A stretch of DNA of 24,000 bases from Candidatus Calditenuaceae archaeon (GTDB lineage: Archaea > Thermoproteota > Nitrososphaeria_A > Caldarchaeales > Calditenuaceae): assembly GCA_025059595.1 (NCBI GenBank), contig JANXDI010000010.1:1360-25359 (forward strand), written 5' to 3'. The translations under genes and the position numbers were made by a program. The notes beneath the pieces are model-generated. The model had not been told where the DNA came from. It ran no database searches and was given only the letters and a program-made list of their open reading frames with translations. Of the stretch, positions 1-7,519 are shown piece after piece; position 1 is the stretch's first letter; each line of letters starts with the position of its first letter.

Positions 1-902
<902 letters not shown>

Positions 903-1096
903 CCGGCCAACTAATTGGCGGGAGTTACACATGGAAGCGGCCCACATTGGACCTGAGGATCGTCACTGTTCCCTCAGGTCTTCACCCCTTATAGCCAGAG
1001 CCGGATGTCACCGCCTCATTGCTGAGGTGTTATTCACCCGTCTTTGCGGTGACGCCGCCTCTAAGCTCTGGCCCACTATTTTCTGTGCTTGGGCTG

Positions 1097-1110
1097 CTTA
1101 TAAGTTTTTG
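1097..1110 (-). promoter_or_regulatory. Candidate rRNA promoter: palindromic TATA element CTTATAAG with an A-rich BRE-like tract on the minus strand
   Basis: The minus strand reads caaaaaCTTATAAGcagc. It lies about 195 nt upstream of the mature 16S 5' end, implying a leader of roughly 170 nt. Because it is palindromic it could also serve the plus-strand epimerase gene. Confidence 0.3.
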
Positions 1111-1161
1111 TGGAGCTTGAGACGCATGACTAATTATGCTGGGCACTGTTGGTGGGTTTGA

Positions 1162-2073
1162 TTGTTGCTTGTTGTGGGCGGCCTCGGCTACATAGGGAGA
1201 CGGGTCGTCGAGGAGCTGTTAGCTAGGGGTGAGGATGTGAAGGTCCTTGACCGGGCGCGTAATGTAAAAACTCCACAAGGCGCCACGGTCGTGAAAGGCG
1301 ATGCGACTGATTTCTCAACTCTCTATGACACCATGCGAGGGGCAGAGGCCGTGGTTAACTTGGCCGCCTACATAAACGTGGAAGAATCTGTCTCACGCCC
1401 ACAAGAATATCTCCGAAATAATGTCACCACTCACCTAAACGTTCTCGAGGCCGCGAGGAGGCTGGGCGTTGAGAGGATAATTTTGGCCTCGAGCGCCGCG
1501 GTTTATGGAGACGCTCAGCCGCCTTTGAGGGAGGAGAGCGAGAAGAGGCCTGTGAACCCATATGGCCTCAGCAAATTAATCTGCGAGCAGCTCTCCGACG
1601 CATATCACCGCGGCTACGGGATTGGCACGATAGTCCTCCGCTACTTCAACGTGCTGGGTGAAGGTGGAAGAAACGTCTTAAAGATTTTCGTAGAAAATGT
1701 GTTCAACAGAAGGCCGCTCACAGTCCGAGGTCGGTGGATTGGGGGAGTCTTCACTCCAGCCTCAAGGGACTTCGTATATGTGGGTGACGTGGCCGAGGCG
1801 ACGGTCAAGGCCCTCTCGGTCGAGCCGCGCATGGTCAGCATTAACATAGCTGGAGGAAGCGCAGTAAGTGTAGATAAGCTGGCCAGAATGGTGCTGGAAA
1901 GTTTAGGCGAGGAGGTGGAAATTGTGTTCGCTGAGCTTGCTCCACACGAGCCCTTGACTAGCTGGGCAGACATAAGTCGCGCAAAGCAAATTCTCGGCTG
2001 GGAGCCAAAAACTCCACTGGCGATGGTCGTGAAGAAATACGTTGAATGGTTTGGGGAAAAAATGAGGGGGTAG
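1162..2073 (+). CDS. NAD-dependent epimerase/dehydratase (extended SDR, UDP-sugar 4-epimerase-like)
   Basis: 303-aa ORF with a TTG start directly after an in-frame TGA. N-terminal Rossmann motif VVGGLGYIGRRVV. Catalytic Ser in ASSAAVYG and YxxxK in PYGLSKLICE. RYFNVLG block typical of GalE-like enzymes. Confidence 0.85.
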   Translation: MLLVVGGLGYIGRRVVEELLARGEDVKVLDRARNVKTPQGATVVKGDATDFSTLYDTMRGAEAVVNLAAYINVEESVSRPQEYLRNNVTTHLNVLEAARRLGVERIILASSAAVYGDAQPPLREESEKRPVNPYGLSKLICEQLSDAYHRGYGIGTIVLRYFNVLGEGGRNVLKIFVENVFNRRPLTVRGRWIGGVFTPASRDFVYVGDVAEATVKALSVEPRMVSINIAGGSAVSVDKLARMVLESLGEEVEIVFAELAPHEPLTSWADISRAKQILGWEPKTPLAMVVKKYVEWFGEKMRG

Positions 2074-2098
2074 GTGGGAGGCCGTCGGTGTAGTCGCT

Positions 2099-2713
2099 TT
2101 AGGCCAAGTCCATCACAGGGTCGAGGGAGGGTGGCAGCCTCCTCTCAACCTTCAAGACCGACCCTATCACAGGCTTCAGCTGAACTGTGAAGACCTCCGT
2201 GGGCTGGAGACTCTGCATCTCTGTGATGCCGACAGTGATTGACCAGAGCTCGCCGAATTCGATTAGGTGGTCACTGTCGCCGACAATCTGCCTCACTATC
2301 ACACCTGGGCTACTGTACGAGATCACCGGGGCCGTGGCGTTAGATGTATAGACGTTCTCGATGCTCGTCCTCGAGTCGTGGTAAGTTACTACAAGGGAAC
2401 CGACCCTCAGGTCAATCGGCCGCTTCCCGACGGCAACCTTGAAGAAGACCGTAACGTTGGAGACGGCTCGGGAATTGCCGTTTAGGCCGCTCCGAGCAAT
2501 CACCGACCCGACGGTCTCAATCGCGGAGGTCGCCTCATCGATGCCGGCTTGGACCACCTCTCCGCTCTTCTGGGTTGTAAACAGGCCAAGGTTTAGGACG
2601 GCGAACGAGAAGGCTGCGGCGACGATGACGAAGCTTATCAGTATTATGGCGGTCTCTAAGCCTGTCAGCGCTGCTTTTCGTCTTGTATTTGTTTTGAGTA
2701 TTGTATTCGTCAT
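2099..2713 (-). CDS. arlB: Archaellin-like protein (archaeal type IV pilin fold with class III signal peptide)
   Basis: The N-terminus RRKAALTGLETAIILISFVIVAAAFSFAVLNLGLFTTQKSGE closely resembles the crenarchaeal FlaB/ArlB N-terminal domain (basic tail, prepilin-peptidase site, GLxTAIILIAF hydrophobic helix, GLFxTQK). ATG at 2713. TATA about 31 nt upstream. Confidence 0.65.
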   Translation of the reverse strand: MTNTILKTNTRRKAALTGLETAIILISFVIVAAAFSFAVLNLGLFTTQKSGEVVQAGIDEATSAIETVGSVIARSGLNGNSRAVSNVTVFFKVAVGKRPIDLRVGSLVVTYHDSRTSIENVYTSNATAPVISYSSPGVIVRQIVGDSDHLIEFGELWSITVGITEMQSLQPTEVFTVQLKPVIGSVLKVERRLPPSLDPVMDLA

Positions 2714-2740
2714 ACTGCGATATGTAGTATGTTGAGAGTG

Positions 2741-2748
2741 ATATTTAT
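2741..2748 (-). promoter_or_regulatory. TATA box (minus strand ATAAATAT) for the archaellin-like gene
   Basis: Centred about 31 nt upstream of ATG 2713, which is consistent with a leaderless or near-leaderless transcript. Confidence 0.4.
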
Positions 2749-2813
2749 GTTTTCGCCTACTCCAAGCGAAATGCTTAAATAGTTTTCCCCTTTCACCTCA
2801 TGCAAAACACATA

Positions 2814-3209
2814 CTACTCTCTGCGTACCTGGCTTACCATCTTTCGATTAAGAACAACCCAGTACTCAACGTTTACCCCAGGCTCAAGCCTACCCCGCAA
2901 CTCCTCGTCGGCTGGGAGCGGTATTTCGACGATCTCGAGCGTGTCTCTGTCCATTACTGAGACGGTTTCTCCAACGGTGACAACCTGTCCAGACCTCTTC
3001 TCCACTATCGGTATCTCAATTCTCTGGTCTGAAGGGCCAACGATGTTCCTCTTGACGCCGTCGAATATGCCTATGGCCACGACCCTGACTTTTGCGGAGC
3101 CGTGTTTTCCAGTCTTTGACTTCTCGACCTCGACTACTCTGCATGGCTCGCCGTCGATGACGATGTTGCTCCCCTCCTTTATCGACCCGAGTTCGGCTGG
3201 CCTGCTCAC
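2814..3209 (-). CDS. eif5a: Translation initiation factor 5A (aIF5A)
   Basis: 131 aa with the hypusine-site loop SKTGKHGSAKVRVVAIGIFDG and the typical aIF5A N-terminal SH3-like and C-terminal OB layout. GTG start at 3209. No alternative in-frame start exists before the upstream TAA. Confidence 0.95.
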   Translation of the reverse strand: MSRPAELGSIKEGSNIVIDGEPCRVVEVEKSKTGKHGSAKVRVVAIGIFDGVKRNIVGPSDQRIEIPIVEKRSGQVVTVGETVSVMDRDTLEIVEIPLPADEELRGRLEPGVNVEYWVVLNRKMVSQVRRE

Positions 3210-3232
3210 TGCAGCTTCAATACCCTTGGCTG

Positions 3233-3240
3233 ATATTTAG
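3233..3240 (-). promoter_or_regulatory. TATA box (minus strand CTAAATAT) for aIF5A
   Basis: Centred about 27 nt upstream of the GTG start at 3209. Confidence 0.4.
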
Positions 3241-3355
3241 TTCTTTAACAAGTCAGATTCTCGTCACCCTAGGCGCTCAATTAGTGTTTCTATCTTTCGC
3301 CGCTCATACACCTACTTGCTTGAGCCGTGGAAAGGGGTGGATGATTAGCGAGCGA

Positions 3356-3366
3356 CATAAAATTTA
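3356..3366 (+). promoter_or_regulatory. TATA-like element CATAAAATTTA upstream of the membrane protein gene
   Basis: About 35 nt upstream of ATG 3396. Confidence 0.3.
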
Positions 3367-3395
3367 AGTCGCCACTGCGATGGCTATTTTTCGAG

Positions 3396-4829
3396 ATGAG
3401 GAACGGCGGAAGGACCATCGTGCTTGGCTTGAATCTGCCGATGTTTGTCGCGGGGCTTGTTGCGATGGGGATGGGCACGCTTGTGGGAATGCTTGGCATC
3501 TGGGGTGCCGCGGCTTGGGGGAAGCCTGTGCCCGAGTGGGAGAAGGTTGGACACGCTCACTCGTCTTGGTGGGGTATACTGATAATGATAGCATCGCTAG
3601 TCCTCCCTAGCCTGGGGCTGAAGCCTTGGGTCAAGAAGCTAATTGTCGCGGGCACCTTCGTAGGGCCGACACTCTGGATAGGCGTCTTGGCAACCTACTA
3701 CGAGATAGGTGGGCCAACGCTCTGGCGACTCGAAGCTCCAACCGCCCCTGGGACCTATTATGATATTCCCGTGATAGGTCTCGCCGCATCAGGCCTTGAG
3801 CTTCTCGGCTTTGTTGCTCTTGGCTTGGTCGCACTTTCAGCCATCGGACTAAACATACCTCTGTTATCTACCAAGGAGGCTCCACCGAAGTCCCGCTACG
3901 AGTTTCTCACAGAAATACAGGTACCGCGTAGAATCTTCGTTGTCCCGACGATCGCGATAATTGTATCTGTTTTGGTAGGTTTCGCCCTAACCGCCTTATT
4001 CAAGGCCGTTCACCAGCCGATATCCCCGAGCGCTCTCGTCCAGCTGCATGACCATGCAGCCCTCCTGGCCACTAGCGCGTTACTCGTTCTTCTTGTGATG
4101 CACGTGTTTGATGTGAGAGAGAGGACTAGGGCCATCGGCATCCGCCTTATGGAGATAAGCCTTCCACTGACCATCGTGGGTCTGCTTGTCTTTAACCTGA
4201 CTGGAGTTCACAGCATCGTTTGGGTCGCTCCTGCTGGTATCTACTATCTCTTGCTTCTGCTCGCTGTTCCTGTCTCTCTAGGGTTCTATTCATGGGGAGA
4301 GCCTCCTGCCTCGGGTGCGAGGGTTACCGCGTTTAACATCGCGTTGGGGGTCTGCTTCGTTGGGCTAGTCATTCTTGTCGCTACTGGAGCCTACATTGCT
4401 CTCAACTATGATACCACGCCAAATGTAACAGTGACCTACAAGCAGCCTCAAGGCTCGCCCTATCCAGGTCCGTATCCAGCTGTCTACATCGGGACGGCCC
4501 CAGCGGTTAACACGCCTCGAGGGCTTGAGAATGCCCACCTTAGCCCTGGGAGCTGGTATCACGCAGCTATCGCTTGGCTTCTGATTCTCTCGATGTTTGG
4601 GACGGTTTTGATTGGGGAGAAGAGGCCGGGGTTGCTTTACCTCTTCGCTTTCACGATTCCTCTCGCACCCACATTCAACATGCTCGGCCGGTTCTTGGCG
4701 TGGCTGGGAATACCCAACGGCATCGGGGCACTCTGGTTCGCAGGCCATCCCCTCAAGGGTTTCAACCTCATCAGCCTATTCGTCATAACAGTCATCGCGT
4801 TAATCATATTGTCGAGAAGAAGGCAGTAA
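3396..4829 (+). CDS. Polytopic integral membrane protein of unknown function (about 12 TM segments)
   Basis: 477-aa ORF that is almost entirely hydrophobic helices separated by short loops. I recognise no family. Recurrent His motifs sit before TM segments (VGHAHSSWWG, LHDHAALL, ENAHLSPGSWYHAA). Confidence 0.7.
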   Translation: MRNGGRTIVLGLNLPMFVAGLVAMGMGTLVGMLGIWGAAAWGKPVPEWEKVGHAHSSWWGILIMIASLVLPSLGLKPWVKKLIVAGTFVGPTLWIGVLATYYEIGGPTLWRLEAPTAPGTYYDIPVIGLAASGLELLGFVALGLVALSAIGLNIPLLSTKEAPPKSRYEFLTEIQVPRRIFVVPTIAIIVSVLVGFALTALFKAVHQPISPSALVQLHDHAALLATSALLVLLVMHVFDVRERTRAIGIRLMEISLPLTIVGLLVFNLTGVHSIVWVAPAGIYYLLLLLAVPVSLGFYSWGEPPASGARVTAFNIALGVCFVGLVILVATGAYIALNYDTTPNVTVTYKQPQGSPYPGPYPAVYIGTAPAVNTPRGLENAHLSPGSWYHAAIAWLLILSMFGTVLIGEKRPGLLYLFAFTIPLAPTFNMLGRFLAWLGIPNGIGALWFAGHPLKGFNLISLFVITVIALIILSRRRQ

Positions 4830-4858
4830 TTTTAAAAATCCTGATTTTTCATCAGTTT
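4830..4858 (+). terminator. T-rich stretch with a small hairpin after the membrane protein gene
   Basis: ttttaaaaatc CTGAT ttttc ATCAG ttt directly follows the stop codon at 4827-4829. Archaeal termination is typically at oligo-T tracts. Confidence 0.3.
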
Positions 4859-4896
4859 CCTTGAGAGAGGTGTTACCGCGGTTAGGGCCTCGTAGG

Positions 4897-4908
4897 GAAA
4901 AATTAAAG
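4897..4908 (+). promoter_or_regulatory. TATA/BRE-like element GAAAAATTAAAG for the DUF4256 gene
   Basis: Centred about 31 nt upstream of ATG 4934. Confidence 0.4.
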
Positions 4909-4933
4909 CATGACGTCGATTCATCTTGACTAA

Positions 4934-5488
4934 ATGCTTACGGTGGGTCAACGCGAGAGGCTACTCAACCTTTTGAGGCGCCGCTTCGAGGTTTTCAGCA
5001 ACAGTATCGTGGCTGTCGGCTGGCGGAAGGTAGAGGATGCCTTGACGGATAGGCCGGAAAGCCTCAAATCCCTTCATGACATGGAGAGAACAGGCGGAGA
5101 ACCCGCGTTAGTCGCTTATGACGAGTCCTCTGGACGGTTTGTTTTCATGGACTGCTCTCCTGAGAGCCCTTCGGGGAGGAGGAGTCTGTGTTATGACCGG
5201 GAGGCGATGGCTCTCCGGCTGAAGAAGGGGGTGCGTCCGAAGGGGAACGTTTTAGACATGGCTGCCGCCATGGGCGTGGAAGTTTTGACGGAGGAGCAGT
5301 ATCGTTGGCTCCAGTCATTAGGCAGGTTTGACACTCGGACATCAAGCTGGCTGAAGACGCCGGATAAGATACGAGGGCTGGGTGGCGCCATATTCGGCCT
5401 GCGGCGCTACGATACTGTCTTCATCTCTGCAAATAGTGCAGAATCATTCTATAGCAGCCGGGGCTTCAGGGCTGTTCTGAGGGTTTAG
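4934..5488 (+). CDS. DUF4256 family protein
   Basis: 184 aa containing the blocks I associate with DUF4256: MERTGGEP, GRRSLCYDREA, LTEEQYRWLQ, FDTRTSSWLKTP, GGAIFGLRRYDTVF, and a RGFRAVLRV C-terminus. Confidence 0.8.
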   Translation: MLTVGQRERLLNLLRRRFEVFSNSIVAVGWRKVEDALTDRPESLKSLHDMERTGGEPALVAYDESSGRFVFMDCSPESPSGRRSLCYDREAMALRLKKGVRPKGNVLDMAAAMGVEVLTEEQYRWLQSLGRFDTRTSSWLKTPDKIRGLGGAIFGLRRYDTVFISANSAESFYSSRGFRAVLRV

Positions 5489-5525
5489 CCCTTGGCCCGT
5501 CTCGATGACGTCTAACCCGATTGCT

Positions 5526-7184
5526 TCACTGTTTTTTGAGCGTCTCGATGATGTGTTTGGCTGCGATGTATCCATAGACGCATGCGGGGCCTAGTGTTGA
5601 GCCGGGGCCCGGATATGTCCCTCCGAAGATTGATGCCGATGTGTTGCCGGCTGCGTAGAGGCCTGCTATTGGGTGGCCGTCCCTGTGCAGTACTCTTCCA
5701 TGCTCGTCTGTGAGCAGTCCGCCGAGTGTTCCGAGCTCGCCGGGGTAGATGGCGGTGGCGTAGTAGGGCGGCTTGTCGATTGGGCCGAGGTTGGGGTTGG
5801 GCTTGACGCTTGGGTCGGAGTAGAAGCGGTCATAGGCGCTCTCCCCCCTATGAAAATCCTCGTCTCTGCCTGCGCGGGCCATTTCGTTGAACCTTTTGAC
5901 AGTCCTCAGGAGGCCTTCCTTCTCGACGCCAATCTTATCGGCCAGCTCCTCGAGCGTATGAGCCCTCACCAGGTAGCGCGGACTCGTGGCCCTCTCCGGG
6001 GTTCGTCCCGGCATCAGCATTCCGAAGAGGTATCGTGAGCGGTGCTTCTGGTCTATGATGAGCCAAGACGGAATTGCGGGTGCTTCTCTGTTATGCTTGT
6101 AGATGCTTTGCCAGCAGTCGACGTATGATGCGGACTCGTTCATGAACCTCTCGCCGTTCAGGTCGACTATCATTCCGAAGGGTAGGGAGCGTTCTGCGAG
6201 GATGAATGAGGGCCTTCCATCGGGAGTTATTGCGATGGGGCCTCCCCACGCCTTATCCATGAGGGCGACCTTGGCTCCAAGCTCCATGGCGGCTCTAATC
6301 GCGTCGCCAGTATTTCCGGGCGCGCCTACGGCCCACTCTGTGCTGGTGGGTCTCGGCAGGTAAGCCTCACGCATCTCTTGGCTGTGCTCGAAGCCGCCCG
6401 CGGCGAGCAAAACTCCTCCTCTCGCCCTCACCGTCACTTCCCTAGTCTCGCGAATTAGAACCGCTCCGACGACCCTGCCACCCTCCTCGACAAGCTCTTT
6501 GAGGGGAGATTTGAGCCAAATCTGCACACCCCTCTTCAGGCAGAGGTAGAGGAGTTGGCCGATGAGTGAGGCGCCGATAGTGAGGGGCACCCGGCCCAGC
6601 AGGGAATGTCCTATCAGCCTCGCCCCAATCCTTAGTAGGGTTGAGATTCCTGCCCAACTCCGGGTGAGGTAGAGCTTTGAGGCCTCGTTGGTGTGTATGG
6701 GTAGTGGTGGGGCCCCTGGGTATTGCCGGAGCCTTTTCCGCCACTCTCCGAGTTTTCTGCCGTTGAAGACCGCGCCCTCAATACACCTCCCCTTCACTGA
6801 GCCGCCAGGCTTCTCTGGATAATAGTCGGGATAACCCGCCGAGGCTCTCCACTTGAAGCCCATATCTTGGAGGAATTGGACAAGTTCGGGCCCGTTTATG
6901 AGGAAGGCCCTCAGCTTCTCGGGCGCGGTTGCCTCTCCAGCCTCAGGGACGACGTTACTCAGATATTTCCAGGCCTCCTCGAAAGAATCCTCCAAGCCGG
7001 CCTGCCTAGAGACCGGGTTATTAGGTATCCAGAGCCCTCCACCAGACATCGCGCTTGAGCCGCCGACTAAGTCCGTCTTCTCCGCAACAAGTACTTCAAG
7101 ACCCGCACTCCGAGCTGTCAAGGCTCCAACAAGGGCGGCCGCGCCACTCCCCACAACCAAAACATCCGTGGAAAACTCGCTCAC
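5526..7184 (-). CDS. FAD-binding dehydrogenase, 3-ketosteroid-delta1-dehydrogenase (KstD) / fumarate-reductase flavoprotein-like
   Basis: 552 aa. N-terminal dinucleotide fold DVLVVGSGAAALVGALTARSAGLEVLVAEKTDLVGGSSAMSGGGLWIPNN. C-terminal FAD-closing motif GLYAAGNTSASIFGGTYPGPGSTLGPACVYG. GTG start at 7184, with no other in-frame start before the upstream TAA. Confidence 0.85.
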   Translation of the reverse strand: MSEFSTDVLVVGSGAAALVGALTARSAGLEVLVAEKTDLVGGSSAMSGGGLWIPNNPVSRQAGLEDSFEEAWKYLSNVVPEAGEATAPEKLRAFLINGPELVQFLQDMGFKWRASAGYPDYYPEKPGGSVKGRCIEGAVFNGRKLGEWRKRLRQYPGAPPLPIHTNEASKLYLTRSWAGISTLLRIGARLIGHSLLGRVPLTIGASLIGQLLYLCLKRGVQIWLKSPLKELVEEGGRVVGAVLIRETREVTVRARGGVLLAAGGFEHSQEMREAYLPRPTSTEWAVGAPGNTGDAIRAAMELGAKVALMDKAWGGPIAITPDGRPSFILAERSLPFGMIVDLNGERFMNESASYVDCWQSIYKHNREAPAIPSWLIIDQKHRSRYLFGMLMPGRTPERATSPRYLVRAHTLEELADKIGVEKEGLLRTVKRFNEMARAGRDEDFHRGESAYDRFYSDPSVKPNPNLGPIDKPPYYATAIYPGELGTLGGLLTDEHGRVLHRDGHPIAGLYAAGNTSASIFGGTYPGPGSTLGPACVYGYIAAKHIIETLKKQ

Positions 7185-7208
7185 AGATATATCATCACGT
7201 TATGAAGC

Positions 7209-7217
7209 ATAAAAGTT
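7209..7217 (-). promoter_or_regulatory. TATA-like element (minus strand CTTTTATGC) for the flavoprotein gene
   Basis: Centred about 29 nt upstream of GTG 7184. Confidence 0.3.
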
Positions 7218-7277
7218 TCGCTCCGCCTTCGCCGATATTCGGGGCCCTATGTTTGATGTTTTGGAGTCGGTGAAGAA

Positions 7278-7284
7278 TTATATA
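7278..7284 (+). promoter_or_regulatory. TATA box TTATATA upstream of trpE
   Basis: It lies in the divergent intergenic region. The predicted transcription start near 7305-7310 precedes the region where the trpE frame opens (7328). Confidence 0.35.
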
Positions 7285-7519
7285 GGGGCTGGTGGGCTTT
7301 TTCTGCGAGGTTTGAGAGGCGATTTAGTTTGGCCTCAGCGAGGCGATAAGCCGACGCAAAGTTAATGTAAAGAAGCTGGAAAAGAGTTTTCCACCGTTCG
7401 AGGTTTTCCGCGCATTATCAGACCACTCTGAAAGGCTCTACCTGCTTGAGTCCGTCTCCGGGCCGAGGAAGCTTGCGGAGTTTTCCTTCATCGGATGGGA
7501 CCCTCTGGCGACGCTGAGA

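Noticed and set aside
931-1161. 76-aa ORF between the 16S gene and the epimerase gene
   Set aside because: It falls in the rRNA leader/promoter region. Its composition is Cys/Trp-rich and it has no recognisable motif or promoter of its own. It is most likely non-coding.
2800-3240. Long antisense or overlapping ORFs inside confident genes (for example 2800-3240, 1641-1973, 9438-9899, 12119-12490, 16096-16449, 17897-18256, 22233-22535, 23619-23918)
   Set aside because: Each is the shadow frame of a gene with strong homology on the other strand. Their compositions are low-complexity and I recognise no motifs.
4841-4858. A possible C/D-box sRNA, because the minus strand reads CTGATGA followed by TCAG
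   Set aside because: The candidate boxes are only 4 nt apart, with no guide region and no D'/C' pair. The sequence is better explained as a small terminator hairpin with T-tracts.
7185-7200. A GTGATGA C-box-like sequence on the minus strand upstream of the flavoprotein gene
   Set aside because: No matching D box (CTGA) lies at an appropriate distance, and the sequence sits between the TATA box and the start codon of a CDS.
7202-7273. A 23-codon ORF (MKHKSFAPPSPIFGALCLMFWSR) considered as a trp leader peptide
   Set aside because: It has only one Trp codon. It lies upstream of the predicted trpE TATA box, so it is probably not on the trpE transcript. Leader-peptide attenuation is a bacterial mechanism.
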